DNA of 63,070 nucleotides, filler included, from Neolecta irregularis DAH-3 (lineage: Eukaryota), in NCBI GenBank assembly GCA_001929475.1. It is 9 parts of 9 records of this genome, joined end to end, with 100 filler letters (N's around TTAATTAATTAA, not from the genome) between each part and the next. Parts side by side here need not be neighbours in the genome. Positions count along the whole stretch, not along the records: positions 10,869 to 26,456 come from LXFE01004010.1; positions 26,557 to 38,431 come from LXFE01004014.1; 7 more parts are not named here. The stretch is one strand, 5' to 3'. Every line of letters begins with the position of its first letter. The first letter of the stretch is position 1. The position numbers were made by a program, and so were the translations under genes. This document shows, in pieces, positions 13,801-28,207 of the stretch. The notes beneath the pieces are model-generated. The model saw only the letters and a program-made list of their open reading frames with translations. It did not search any database and was not told the origin of the DNA.

Positions 13801-16454
13801 TTGCATAGATTGAAGACTCGATAACAGCCCGTTGAGTCTACCTCTTTCCGCGACTAGATTATGATTATCCTCCACGAGTCGATTTTCGATGCTCTACACC
13901 AGTCAAACCAACTATTGATTTCGACATACTTTAAGTAATTGGATTTCAGATTTGAGATTGAGGGTTTCAGTCTTTAAACTTTCTGCAAGGGAATTTGTGT
14001 CAATGAGATCCGCGACGTTTTGTTGAGTTCTGGAATCCTGCTTGGCAATGATTTCTTGTTGGTGGAGATTCCGCTTTTTGATCTCTTCGATTTCGTTCTT
14101 GGTCATTTCATAGGTATTGGTGAGGATGTTGTATCTTTCTAAATGTCAGTATTATATGAATTAAAATCTCGGACCAGTGAGTAGATCTAACTGTGATTTA
14201 GATTTGAGGGTTTCTACATGGAACTGTGATCGTTCATCAGTCAGCTGTCGGATCTGATCACGAAGAGTCTTATTATCTGTGCCCATTTCGCTTCGACATG
14301 CATCAAGTTGACTTTGAAGTTCCCGAATAATACGTGGATAATCCTGCTCAGATTGCTCAGACCGTGGAGTTGCACCGTTGGTACTCTCTTGAGCTTGGGG
14401 AATTCCATTCCCATTGTTGACGAGCATACGTCTAAACATATCTCGTTCCCGAACGTAACTTTCCATTCTGGATTGTCAGAAACACCATAAAAAACACACA
14501 CTTGACTTTCATTCTCTTTATCTCGGTGTCCATGTCCTCCAAAGCCTGAGTGGCCTTTTCGACGGCTTCACTTTCGAGATTTTCCAATCGTGCTTCATGA
14601 CGTTTTTCTTCTTCTTCCATTTTCGAACCGAGATCCCTGACGACTTTGAGCAATTGTTGATTCTGATTTTGAAGTTCGTGAATATTGCGATACACGACGA
14701 GACGTTCTGTAATAGTAAGTTGGACATCGCTGAGACTGCCCCAGTCTTCCCCGCTTTCGATAATTTGGCGAAGTGCGTCTTGCTCGGCTGGTGTGAGAGG
14801 CGTAGAATTGCCGAGATTTGAAAGCTCTCCCAATAAATGTTGGACTTGACGGCTAAGATCTCGAGTTTCTAGTTATTAGCAAATAAAGGTCAAAAGTCTC
14901 AACACACGCTGCTGGAACAAGCGAGATTCACGCTTAGCATCTTCGGCTTCGATTTTGAGAGCTTTTGCGGCCCGCTCAGCTTCCTCCTTGAGTTGACTAG
15001 CTTCGTCCAAGAGCCCAGACATTTCTGCCAATTCCACTTGCATTTGTTGAAACTCTTCACGTTGTGCGGCAAATCGAGGAGCGTGGCTTTCAACTTCGCT
15101 GACTAGATTATCTAGATCATTCTGAATTCGATTATTTTTCCGTTTCTCATGTTCAAGTTCGGATTTTGTGGAAAGGAACTCTGTATATAGCTGCGTCATT
15201 GACATTCCTACTTTTTTACTTGTACTAAGTGCTTGGGCGGTCGGCGAGAATAACGCGAGAGATGAATTTCCGTTCGAGGAAGCTTGATCTGCCTGGATCT
15301 CAAGATTTTCGATGGTTGTTTCAAGCTCTGCTGTACGTCGATCTAATTCATCGGCTCGCTCTTTCTCGGATTCAGCCTTTGCGAACCATTTCGCAGCTTC
15401 CTGACTTTCCTTCGAATAGGTCTGGTCTATTTGTTCTTCAAGTTCTATGACTCTAGAGCGGGCTTCCTTTGCACTTCGTTCCCATAATTCGGTTAAACGC
15501 TGCTGAGAAGACATTTCGCTTCGGAACCCTTCTTCCTGTTCAATGAGTTGATCTTTGAGTGATTTGGTCTCATATATGGACACGTCGTATTTCCTAGTAC
15601 AATCCTCGAGACACTGTTTGAAACTATTGCTTGACTGTTGAGTAGCAGATAGTTGCGCAGACACAGATTCGAGCTCATATTGCAATTGCGATAACTCTGT
15701 GATCTTTTCTTTTCTGAAGGTGGAGAATTCTGAAGTTTTGGCAGTTAGTTCTGTATTGAGCCACTCGTTATTCTTTTTAAGCCGATCGATTTCCTGTTGA
15801 AGTGACTGTTCCTTGAACTTTGCGGAAATCTCCGAAGCGTTGTATTCGTGAATTTTGGTTTCGAGGTTTGCGATTTCTCTTCGAGCGTCTAGAAACCGGG
15901 TCTGTAGTGTATCATATTCTTCTTGTTGCTTTGCCGAATCTTCGTTGCAACGCGAAAGAGCAACAACAGTCTCCTGTTTGCTGCTTTCTAGAGTCTCCAT
16001 TCTAGAGGATAATGTTTGATTTTCGAGTTCCAGTGAGGAATTACGTGATTTTAATGAAATGAGTTCTGAATGGGCCGCCGATATATCTCGTTCTGGAGGA
16101 TGAGCAGCGGCCGTCGCATGGAAGACCAACCTTGGTCGGCGGTCTTGGAACGGAGACTGCGGGTCTCGAGCACAGCGGCATCCAGCTGTGCTTTGGCGGC
16201 ATCGACGCGGGTCTGCGCTGTATGCATTTCCTGCTCTTTGCAGTCAGCAAGCATCGTTGCGCCGCGAAGGCACCGAAATTGACATCTGCCACGAGTTTAG
16301 CCGCCTTCAACTCGTCAAAGTCCTGCGCGCGCTGCTGCACCCGCAACAGCAGCGCAGCAACATCTGCAGCAACAGCAAGTTGTGCAATCGCAGCCCGGTC
16401 AAACTGCAGAAATGAAGCCAGCCTGCACTCGTCTACTGCTTCAGAGGCAGCCAT
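10869..16454 (-). CDS. MLP1: Nuclear basket coiled-coil nucleoporin Mlp1/Tpr/Nup211, multi-exon, 3' truncated
   Basis: Long coiled coil; ITERLVVYRNIHELQNQNQQLLKVVRDL; AQTNYDRELIKHAEAA; LREIVRFLRKEKEIVDCQYE; NVLRESNASLR. Confidence 0.93.
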
Positions 16455-16738
16455 TGGTGTTGAAAAGGGAGCAAGTGTAGCGCTGGGGGAGGATGGGCGA
16501 TCTCGCTAATGGAGTGCTGCGACAGCACTGCGTAGCTAAAACATGCAACAGCAGAGATTCATTGGCTTGGGCATTCTGATAAACTCAGTTGAATATATTT
16601 GGCCTCTTCGTTTGTATGTAATAGAAACTTTCTGCCAGTGCGGCCCTTCGCCAACACCCTCGAGGTCCCCCCACTACCTTCTGTCCTTCACACCAGACTC
16701 CATTCGACAGCCCCGTCCTTGTTTCTGTTAGTTACGAC

Positions 16739-19700
16739 ATGTTCGGCTCAAATACCGGTAGTGGCAGCTTCAATTTTGGTGCGAGCAATCCAAATCAAGG
16801 AGCCTCCCCCTTCGGTCAGACCCAGAACCAGACTACTTCTCCATTTGGCCAAGGTACACCCAGTGGTATATTGCGATTGCGTTTTATTCTGATCCACAGG
16901 CTTTGGTCAAAATAATGCTCCCGGCGTAGGTGGCTTTGGAACTGCTGGGTCGATCTTTGGTCAATCCCAGCAACCGCCAGCACCCGGTTTTGGCACGTCA
17001 AATCTGGTCAAAAGTTACTTTGACTAACATATAAGGTGGTTTTGGATCAAGCACAAGTGCTCCTTCCGGCTTTGGTGCGCAGAGTCAACCTTTTGGCACT
17101 TCAACGGCTACACCTGGTTCTGGTTTATTTGGATCAAGCACTACCAATAACCCCACATCCTTTGGATTTGGAAGCAATCCTTCTACAACTCCTGCTTTCG
17201 GCTCAGGTAATACCAGTGGAGGTATCTTTGGTCAAAATAAACCAGCAAGTACTTTTGGAAGTACTGCAACACCATCTACTGGAATTTTTGGGCAATCAAC
17301 TCCTACACCTGCCTTTGGTAGTTCAAGTAAATCTAGATGATTGAAAATAAGCTCTAACTTGCATAGCCGCTCCCGGGTTCGGGGCGTTTGGTGGATCGGC
17401 CCCAGTATTGACCACTGGAACTGCCAATCCTATTTTTTCCCCCCACACGGAAGCCGAAGGATCAAATACATTGGCTTATCATACAATCACAACGATGCCG
17501 GCATACCAGAAAGCGTCGCTCGAGGTAATCAGATACAGAAATCGACATTCACGTTTAGGAACTTCGTTTAGTGGATTACGAACAAGGTCGTCGGTATGGT
17601 ACGGAAGGTGGAGCCGGCGCTTTCGGCCAGCCAACTACTTTTGGTGCTGGAAATACCAACNNNNNNNNNNCACAGAAATCGACATTCACGTTTAGGAACT
17701 TCGTTTAGTGGATTACGAACAAGGTCGTCGATATGGTACGGAAGGTGGAGCCGGCGCTTTCGGCCAGCCAACTACTTTTGGTGCTGGAAATACCAACACT
17801 GGTACGACCACCTTTGGTGGAACGGCATTTGGCCAGAATGCCCCGAGTTCTGGTGGTTTATTTGGCAATACGGCCACAGCCACTCCGGCATTTGGAGCCA
17901 GCACGACCACGAATACCTTTGGAAACACCAATACTGGAAGTGGCCTCTTCGGAAGCAACACCAACACATCGCAGCCCCAACCGGGTGGATTGTTCGGCCG
18001 AAGTACCGCCGGTACGACAGGTAGCGGCTTGTTTGGAAGTTCAAGTACGAATCCACCGGCCTCGGGCTTTGGATTTGGAGCCAATACCCAGCCTGTACAG
18101 ACCACGTCGACTTTTGGCGGGTTTGGCCAGAACACCCAGAATAATCAAGCAAAACCAGCGTTTGGATTTGGCACATCTACAACTGGGTTCGGGTCGAATG
18201 TTACCAATACACCCGCAACCAGTGGCCTGTTCGGCCAAACTTCCTCTACACCTGCATTCGGGGCGACGAACACTAGCACATCATCAACACCATTCAGCTT
18301 CGGTAGCAACAATGCCAATACTAATCAACCACCATCTGGAGGTCTGTTTGGTAGTACTACCAACAACCAACAGAAACCAGCGTTCTCATTTGGAAGCTCA
18401 ACGACAGGGACTGGAACTGGGTTCGGTCAAAATATGACAGGAGGCTCTACAGGTGGAGGATTATTTGGAAACACCAATACTGCTACTACCCAGCCAAGTA
18501 GTGGTCTTTTCGGCAATATGCAGAACAATACGGGAACGACTGGCGGTTTATTTGGAACCCCCAGTTCTTCTCAACAGCCTGCGTCTGGAGGATTGTTCGG
18601 CAATATGAACACGAATACGACTGGCAGTGGACTGTATGGAAATACTAATACAAATCCCGGCGGCGGGCTGTTCGGCCAGAAACCCGCAACGGGCGGGTTA
18701 TTCGGCTCGAATATCACCACCCAACCTTCTACAGGTAGTATCTTTGGTGGAAACAACAGTACTTTTGGGAACAACAATGCAGGCGGTTCGTCTCTCTTTG
18801 GGAATAATCCGCAACCTGGCGGCGGACTGTTCGGTCAGCCAACTCAGCAGCCACAACAACAGCAGTTACAGGCCAGTATTGATTCAAATCCTTACGGTGC
18901 AAACCCTCTCTTCCAAAGTGTCGGCACCGGTCAACAGACACCCCTTGGACCCATTGCAACTCCTTTAAAGACGAACGCTCATAAACCGAAACCAGCTATT
19001 CTCAACCAATTCAAACTTACCCCGCGAGCAGCTCCAAGTTCTCGTTTACTCAACCTACGGCCTGGTTGTTCCCCATCTCCTGTTAGTCCAATGGGATCTC
19101 GCAATATGCATCTTTTCGATGGTCGAAACGATGACTCGACTCTTTCTCCGGATGCTTTCACTCCGAGAGGCAGTATTAAAAAACTCATAATTGACCGTAA
19201 AGTCTCTGAAGCCGATCTTTTGTCTGGTGGTGCAGATTGGTCCGGAGTATCACAAGGACCTCCTCGCGACAAAACTGCCCCAAGTCCTCGAAAAACTTCA
19301 TTTAATCATGCCACCGAACAAGATGTTCGACCTGAAATTTCCAAAATTGTTGAAAGCGAATCTTTATCATCCAAGCCTTTGCAAGGTCCCTCGAAGCATG
19401 AAATGGCACAGTCTCCGCGATATCAAAGCCCTGACGTAAAGACTCAAGAGGTCGAGGGGACATATTGGACTTCGCCCGCCATGTCAATACTCTTAGATTA
19501 TCCTCGAGAAGCTCTTCGTTCGTTAAAGAACTTTAAAGTCGGTCGGCGAGGTTACGGTCAAGTGAGTTTCAACAAGCCCGTCGATTTGACCGATGTCGCT
19601 GCTATCGAATATATACCTGGGAAAATAATCATTTTCGATTCTAAGCTCTGTACAGTATACCCCGACGAAGAAGAAAAACCTCTGGTTGGTCAAGGTCTCA

Positions 19701-22700
19701 ATGTTCCTGCAACGATCACTCTCGAAGGTTGTTGGCCCTTCTCTAAGGAAGATAGGAAGCCTATAACTGATCCTGAGAACCGCCGTTTGATTCAACATAT
19801 TGAACGACTGAAGCGGATGAACGAAACTGAATTTGTTGATTATATTTGCGATACTGGATCATGGATTTTTAAGGTTAAGCATTTTAGCAAGTACGGACTA
19901 GGAGACTCCGATGATGAGAACGATGAGGAAGCGGGACATACTTATAAAAACTCGCAATCACGGGTGGATCACATTCGAAATGAGGAAGGCTTTCGTGCCC
20001 AGGAACAATCATCCTCTGTAGAGAGATCGTACGAAGGCGATATGTCGATGGACGATTCTTGTGGTCCTGACGATACTTTCGCGTTCCGAAGATCCGAAAA
20101 TACTCGTCTTCCAGGTTCATTTGATACACCGATTGTTCGACGCCCATTTGCACCTAATGAGACCTATTTTACCCCGGTGAAATTCGACGATCCTACGGAA
20201 GCTGAAGAAGAGACTTATGAGGAGACAGAGGGAGATCCGGATTATTCTATGTCAGTCTCTGATAGCGAAAGCCAAACAATGAATCGAACTTCCGATCAAA
20301 GCCAACTAGAGGAAAGCTCTACTGACCATCGGGAATTGTCCAGCGAACCAGAGTTTACGGATGATGATGAGGAAATCTTATCGGAAGAATTTGAATCGGA
20401 TGAGCGCAGTCTCGATAGAACAATTTCGAGATTTACTCATGCAGCTTCATGGCCTGATCAATTGCAAAGTTTTCGTCAGTTGCCTCCAGCATTGGCCAAG
20501 TCTCCATTTCTCAAGCAGGGATCAGAGACAGCAACTGCAATAACGTATGGCCGTTATGAGCTCAATCGGGATATATTTGGGGAAGATGAAGGAGAATCGG
20601 TAGCTGAGGTGTGTTGAATGTATTGAAAAATAAATGCTAAGTTTTGTCATAGAATCATAAAGCAGCTTCCAGACTTTCTGAAGATCCAAATCTTACTAAG
20701 GAGATTAATGCACACCGTTGCCTGAAACCTAGGTGGGGAAATAGATTTGCACTTGTCACTTTAAACCCATTGTATCCAATTTCGACAACAGCTCGGAGTA
20801 AGCAGACTGAGGTCACCATCCAAAATATCAAAGTTTTAGCGAATGGCGTGAGTTGGGATGATCTTACCTGTGCTAATAATAGTGCGAAAATGAAGTGATA
20901 GCAACTGCTCTTGATGTCCAGCTTCAGCACTCCATTATTTCAAATGAATCTGGAGTCCCTGCTGCTTTCCCGAATGATACTTTGAACTTCAGGATTTTTA
21001 GCGAAATATTCAATACTGAAGCCTTGACCTCCATCCACGAGCACCGTACTTGGTCATTGGCACAAATACTCTTCGATGACGTGGTACCCAACCTGCCGGA
21101 TGACATATCCCAAGTCACGCGGAGCACAGTCATAACTTCTTTGCGAAAAGAGTCTCTCTCTGAATGGCTTCAAGAAGGTTCAAGGAAACGAATTGACGAG
21201 GAGCTTGCCCAGACTGCCGAATCCGGTCGGCGCATTTTCACGCATCTTACTGGTAATCGAATCGAAGAGGCATGCCTTGAGGCATCCAAGAGTAAAGATT
21301 TTCGGCTCGGTATTTTGTTGGCATTGGCTGGATCAGACGATTTAGTTCAGGAAGATCTATACAACCAAATTGAGGACTGGAGAGCGAAGGGAATATTTTC
21401 TCATATCTCTGAGTCTCACCGATTGGTATACGGGCTTCTAAGTGGAAATTTCCTAGAATTTGTCATGGGGTCGCGAGATCTTGAAGATTTCGCCCCAGAA
21501 TTGGCAATTTTGAAAGGTCTTGACTGGGAAAGAGCTTTTGCACTTCATTTGTGGTACTCCGACCCAGATGATGGACCTATAGAATGGGTTACAAATATCT
21601 TCGCCAAAAATTTCAGGCACCATGAATCGGATGCTAAACCTCGACTTTTGTCTAGCAACGAATATCACAAAAACAAAGATGTCGTTGAGAAACCTTGGGC
21701 TTGGTATCTACTATCAGATTCTAGTCTTTCTGCAAATCCTTGGAAAACGTTGGATAAAATTTTCGACATAAAATACCATCTCTTACTACTTCAAGCTAAT
21801 CGGAGGCACACACTCGAACAGGTGTTGCTTCCAAGAACTTGCACCTCATCACCTCTTGATACTCGAATGTCATGGCATTTTTATTCTATTTTGTCTCATG
21901 TCAAGAAAGTTGGAGACTTTAGTGATCGAGAAGAGATTCCTGATGATCTGCGCGCCGTAGACGAGCAAGCTATGGGCACTTCTGTTCGAGCAAATCAGTT
22001 AACTCTCGACTACGCTTGGCAATTGGAAGGACTGGGACTTTGGGAATGGGCTATCTTTATTCTGTTGCATCTGGAAACTGAAAACACGTATGTCACTTCT
22101 ACATATGTTCTGACCTGCTTAGCCGCGAGCAAGCAATCCGAGATATTCTCGGGCGGAATATTGAGACTTTTATCAACGCCAACGATCCGCAATTGTTGTC
22201 CCTTCTCACGGAGAGGATGAGCATCCCTAAAGCCTGGCTTCTGGAGGCAAAAGTAAAACTTTCGGCGAAGCGTAATTTTAACATTTCAGGCTCTTCGGGC
22301 GCGTTATTTACATCTGTACTGGGATGAAGCCGATAACCTAATTGAGGCTGGGGCATGGAAAGAGGCACATCACACAGTAATGAATCGTATTGGGCCAAAT
22401 GCTGTCATTGAGATGAACCTTGGTGATCTCAAAGACCTTCTCGAAAAGTTCAAAATGACAGACTCTATCCCTGAATGGAATTTGGGGGGCCAGGTAAAAT
22501 TGCTATTCTGATAAACAAGGTTAATAGTTGTAGATCTATTTGGATTACGTCTATCTAGCACAACGTATGGAAGGAAATCCACTAGAACGAGAAACTCGAT
22601 TGATTGAGAAAAAAAAGAAACAGTCGTTGCGCGAGACCTGTGACCGGCTGATCATTGGTCTTCCGCAGATGCAGACAAGGCTTCTCACCCAGANNNNNNN

Positions 22701-23006
22701 NNNGTCGAAGGAAATCCACTAGAACGAGAAACTCGATTGATTGAGAAAAAAAAGAAACAGTCGCTGCGCGAGACCTGTGACCGGCTGATCATTGGTCTTC
22801 CGCAGATGCAGACAAGGCTTCTCACCCAGAGGGTGGCAATGACAGAGATGTCCACCTTTCTTGCTCGAAATTTGATGTATATCAAAGACTCATCGGCATT
22901 GGAGAAACAAAAGTTGCTGCAACTAATTCTCCCAGAGAGTGAATATCTGTCAAAGACCGTTGATTTGTCGTTGGACTACTTTGGTGGACTTCTTGCGGCT
23001 CATTAG
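16739..23006 (+). CDS. NUP98: Nup98-Nup96 precursor (FG/GLFG repeats, GLEBS, autoprotease, Nup96), multi-exon
   Basis: Many GLFG/FG repeats; GLEBS ITTMPAYQKASLE|ELRLVDYEQGRR; KPLVGQGLNVPATITL; cleavage motif KHF/SKYGL near 19880-19888; Nup96 LDWERAFALHLWY and QLEGLGLWEWAIFILLH. Confidence 0.96.
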
Positions 23007-23227
23007 CAGTTGACGAATGAAAATTATGCCTAATCAATGTATTTTAAAGGACCTTGGTAGTATATGGATTTGTTTGAAAGATTTCATAGGGTACACCCGG
23101 ACTTTCATTTTCCTTACATATCTGTTCAAAGTGCGTTGTTGGTGGCACGTGAAGGTACGACAAGACCTCAACCTATTCGGATTACAATACTTCACATCTG
23201 CACGGTTGTGTAAAATTATCTCTCAAT

Positions 23228-26044
23228 ATGCCTTACTCGACTCTTTTTCGTAAGGCCTGTTGCTGCTTCAACAATTAAACTTTCAGGTTCCGAAGAGATC
23301 CGTTTAGTACAATGTTACATTCCTACAGAACTTGCTAGGAATACAGTTTCCGCTCTTGGCGAATTAGGCACTATTCAGTTCAGAGATGTATTTTTACTTG
23401 AGAACGATGCTCCCATTAAATATTTAGCTCAATGCAGATACAAGTTCTTTTCAGCGCTCCTTCGTCAAGGAAATTAGACGGGTCGATGAGATGGAACGGC
23501 AATTACGTACAGGTTTCTCAAGGAATCTGTCAAACTAATGATAGGATTCTTTGCTTCTGAGATGGCGAAATCCAATATCCGGGCGGTTCCGATTCCTGAA
23601 AATGAGCAAGTTACACAAGCACCCACTGAACATGATATCGATGCTTTGGCAGAGTCTACTGCTCTGTACGAACAAAAAATCACTCACCTCAATGAATCTG
23701 CCGATTCGCTCCAAAAGAGGTTTACCGAGCTTGTTGAAAGAAGACATGTATTACGGGAGGCTGCAGTTTTCTTTGAGCGGGTATTTTACTGAAATGATGT
23801 GATATGACTGATTTATAGGCCTATAACCAGCAACATGAAATCAGACAGTCTGCCGACAATGTCGTAGTTTATGAAGACTTGGAAAGACAACCTTCGACTG
23901 GCGATCTTGCTTCGGTAAACATTGGATTCGTCGCCGGCGTAATTTCTCGCTCCAGGGTTAATGTATTTGAACGCATTCTTTGGCGAATTCTTAGGGGCAA
24001 TCTTTACATGAATCAGTCCGAGATAGAGGAGCCTATCTACGAAAGCGCCCATGGCAAGCCCATACAAAAGAACGTATTCATTATTTTTGCGAACGGACGT
24101 GAGATTTTGAACAAGATTCGCAAGATTTCGGATAGTCTTGGCGCGCATTTGTATGCAGCCGATGAGGATATGAATGTTCGTCGTGAGCATCTCGATCAAG
24201 TCAATGCACAAATTAACGATGTCATGACTGTTCTTAGAAGTACCATTAATACCCTGGACGCTGAATTGCGAGAAATCTCGAATAGTATTGCCGTTTGGAT
24301 GACCGTCCTGAAGAAGGAAAAAGCTATTTATCAGACGATGAATCTCTTTAATTACGATCAGAATCGAAAATGCCTAATTGCAGAAGGATGGTGTCCCACC
24401 TACAACCTTCAACTTGTTTACAGTACTTTACGTGATGTTTCGGTAACCTTTCAATTGATTATACCTGTCTTATGTCATAGGACCGCTCGGGTTCCCATGT
24501 GCCTTCCATTTTGCAAGAAATCTATACATCTCGAGAGCCACCGACGTACTTTAAAACAAACAAATTTACTCTTGCTTTTCAAAGTATCATTGATGCCTAC
24601 GGTGTCGCAACATATCGCGAGGTTAACCCTGGTCTTTTTTCAATTATCACATTCCCTTTCCTTTTCGCTGTGATGTTTGGCGATCTTGGTCATGGATTCT
24701 TAATGTTTCTGGCTGCTCTCTATCTAATTTTAAATGAACAGACTCTTGCAAAGACAGATTACGGGGAGGTGCGAGTCATTCTTTTTCTTTACCTTTGCTA
24801 AACTATAGATCTTTGATATGGCATTCTATGGTCGGTATATCATGCTCTTGATGGGCGCATTCTCGATGTACGCTGGTCTTATCTACAACGACATATTTTC
24901 CCGTGCCATGTCTTTGTTCTCATCCGGGTGGGCCTGGCCAAGAGATTTCACACAAGGAGAGACTCTTGTTGCAAAATCTGTTGGGACATATATTTTCGGT
25001 CTCGACCCAGCCTGGCATGGCGCAGAAAATGCTTTACTGTTTACAAACTCTCTTAAAATGAAGATGTCTGTGATTCTCGGCGTATGCCATGTATTAGTTC
25101 ATGTCATGATCAACGAGCTAATTACTTAGATGACCTTCAGTCTGTGCCTATCGTTGTTCAATTATCGCTATTTCGACAAACGTCTCGATGTGTGGGCTGT
25201 TTTTCTCCCGTCAATGCTCTTCATGCAGAGTATTCTGGGTTACCTCGTTATCATAATCATCTACAAATGGTGTGTAGATTGGATTGCCGCTGGAATTTCG
25301 CCTCCAGGACTTTTGAATACGCTCATCTTTATGTTCTTATCGCCGGGGACAATCGATGGCACGCCTCTTTATCGGGGTCAGGCATTTGTTCAGGTGTTTT
25401 TAGTGCTCCTCGCTTTGATCTGTGTTCCTTGGTTATTACTTGTGAAACCGCTTGTTTTGAGATGGGAGCATAATAAAGCTCGTGCACAGGGCTATCATGG
25501 AATTCCGAGTGCAGATTTATCTCGTGTTTCATCTGATGCAGCAACTGGAGCTGTGATCGCGTATGAAGTGCCTCAGGAGGAAGAATTCGACTTTGGAGAT
25601 GTCATGATTCACCAGGTCATTCATACCATCGAATTCTGTCTCAATTGTATTTCTCACACTGCAAGTTATCTTCGATTATGGGGTATATTTTATATTTTCT
25701 TTTGTCTTGTATTAATCTTGCAGCTTTGAGTCTTGCTCATAACCAACTGAGTGTCGTTTTATGGGACATGGCTCTTGGTAATGCTTTCAAAATGACTGGA
25801 GTAATTGGCATCATTATGACTGTTGTCCTGTTTGCTCTTTGGTTTGTGTTAACTATTGCCGTCTTGATCGTCATGGAAGGTACAAGTGCAATGCTGCACA
25901 GTCTACGTTTGCATTGGTATTTTTCCTCTCCTCAACGTCAATTAATTTGATAGGGTTGAAATGATGAGTAAGTTTTATGAGGGTTCCGGATATGCCTTTG
26001 AGCCGTTCGGGTTCCAAGCAATTCTAGACACCAAACAATTGTAG
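23228..26044 (+). CDS. VPH1: V-ATPase V0 subunit a, multi-exon
   Basis: [92 protein letters not shown]. Confidence 0.97.
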
Positions 26045-26191
26045 AGTTACTGGTTGACAGTTTTATATGGCATGGAGCATAATTCATTCAATAAATTCAG
26101 CTTAATTATTATCTTATTGTGACTTGTGGTTTTCTTAAATATCAATTTTTCTTTTCTCTCTTTTATGAATCAGATAAGCTCAGAGGAGGAT

Positions 26192-26338
26192 TAGCATGCC
26201 AGCCGCCTGCTGGAAAAATATGATCTGTGTACCCGCCGGAGCCTCTCTGGCGGGTGGGGCCTCTCAGGCCGGAATTTTATGCCTCCCGCCTTCACCATGA
26301 GATTCAACCACCCACCTGGAGAATGTGCTGGCAGGCTG
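26192..26338. mobile_element. Possible small MITE-like inverted-repeat element
   Basis: tagcatgccagc ... gctggcaggctg imperfect 12-bp terminal inverted repeats around a GC-rich core with cccgcc/ggcggg motifs. Confidence 0.35.
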
Positions 26339-26556
26339 TTAGGTTGTATGGGGGTTTGGTAGTTTCCTCCATGTGATGCTTCCAAAGGTTCCCTTTTGAT
26401 TTTCTTGTATTGAATTTGTTGGCAGACCATTAGTTTTGCCTTTAAATTTTGATCCCNNNNNNNNNNNNNNNNNNNNNNNNNNNNNNNNNNNNNNNNNNNN
26501 TTAATTAATTAANNNNNNNNNNNNNNNNNNNNNNNNNNNNNNNNNNNNNNNNNNNN

Positions 26557-26918
26557 GAACGGCAGCAGGCTATCACCGCGGCTGCTCAGGCGCTAGGCGG
26601 CCCGCCAGCCTCAACCAACGGGTATGCCCTGCAAACTTCGCCCCTCCTGATTCGTCTAGCAGCACTGCAAACGGCGACGCTCCCCCGCCGGGATACGTTC
26701 ACAATCCAAAACTGGGCCCAAAGGCAAATCTCGGTGCCATCAATGCAGGGTTGCGGGCCCTCGACCGATCAGGAAAGCCGTGCAGGAAATGGCACAGGAC
26801 CTCTTTTACCGTCAAGACTATCACGGGCCGCGAATGGTCGGTTCCTGGATGGTCAGGAAGTATAATTTCATCCTCCTTAGGAGGTGCTGCTAATGGGTTA
26901 TGCGGAGAAAAGTCCTGA
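26557..26918 (+). CDS. IES4: INO80 complex subunit Ies4-like, 3' part only (end approximate)
   Basis: PKLGPKANLGAINAGLRALDRSGKPCRKWHRTSFTVKTITGREWSVPGW resembles the conserved fungal Ies4 C-terminus. Confidence 0.8.
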
Positions 26919-27227
26919 TATATACATCTGCATCGGGTGTTTATTCTTGTCCGGTGGATTGGTTTTTTTTGTACTCCTAGCGCGGGGCCTCTTTTCCTCC
27001 TATAATGTCATTTTTCATTCATCTCAAGGATATATGCTGAAAAGATTTGCATCCGTGTCTATGGTCGTCATCGGCTTTACTATTCATTGAAACAGATAAT
27101 TTTTTGATACATTAGAGAAAAGAAATTTCTCGCTGGTGCATAACATGCAAGCACCCCATCATGCAGGCTGAAAAGTAGAAGAGAAAAGAAACAACACGAG
27201 CATCATCACCCATCTCCCTGTTCTCGA

Positions 27228-27910
27228 TCAATCCATTTCCTTGTACCGAGCCATGAGTAAGCGTTTGTATTCCTTAGGGTCTTTGTCCCACAACTCGGCC
27301 GCTCTTTGTGATTAGCGCTATCCTAGATACAGCACTACATACTGTGCATTCAATGGAGACTTATTATTGGGATCTCCAAGCATACTTTGTAAAGAAAGGA
27401 GTACAGTCTGAACGTTATAAATGGCACTCCACTTATCTTTCAAGATGTCTAGACAGATATTACCTGCCATGTCGACATTCGGATGCCACATCGGCGAGGT
27501 AAATGTAATTGTAGGTGCTGTGTACGGATAATTTGCGGGGAATTTGATAAGAATCTTAAAGGCAAGACCTTCATAGTGCTACTCAGTTACTTTTACGCAG
27601 TATATGCAAAAGCATACGGTCCCCGACGGCCCATCAATAGTTCCAGTCCATACAAGAAGATTTGCATCTGATTCTGGGAAAGCAGAGATCCCCGGTGTAT
27701 TGGACATCTTGACGAGTTATGCAAAGCATCTGGTTAACAATCGTACCATAAGATTCATAAGTTCTGTTTGCAATCTCTAAATTAGCCACGTATGCAGCGC
27801 TCGATACCTTACCTTTTTGTAACAGAATGAGCATCTAGAGCGTTTTGAGCGGGTTGAGAGAGCTTAGAGGGTGACGAAGTAGGTACAGGAGACATGTTTT
27901 GGGATTCCAT
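27228..27910 (-). CDS. UBC11: Ubiquitin-conjugating enzyme E2-C (APC/C E2), multi-exon
   Basis: [100 protein letters not shown]. Confidence 0.92.
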
Positions 27911-28146
27911 TGGGTTGAAGGGATGGGAAACGCTTATAGAATGTGGGCAGGTTCTTGGAGAGAACTGTTGACGAAAGCGGTAAACAAAGGACCTTTTATA
28001 TAAACTCCCGCTTCGGGAACATTGCACTTATACATCCACACTCATTTCCTCAAAAACAAAGTTTGTCTATATAACTATGCAAGGTTTCGCTTGGCAGTAC
28101 AATGAATTGTTCGAAACTAGATGAATGATACGTGTGTCGTGTCGAG

Positions 28147-28152
28147 ACGCGT
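28147..28152. promoter_or_regulatory. MCB-type (ACGCGT) element in the divergent UBC11/CHK1 promoter
   Basis: Perfect ACGCGT about 55 bp upstream of the CHK1 ATG; single site, function unproven. Confidence 0.35.
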
Positions 28153-28207
28153 TTTGTACTCTATCTTCTCTCCCCACCATCAAGTTTGATTTCATTAAAC
28201 GAAGAGT

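Noticed and set aside
17713-18968. Long alternative-frame and antisense ORFs over NUP98 FG repeats (similar ones over MLP1, Nrd1, SOK1)
   Set aside because: Shadow ORFs caused by repetitive or biased codon usage of the real genes
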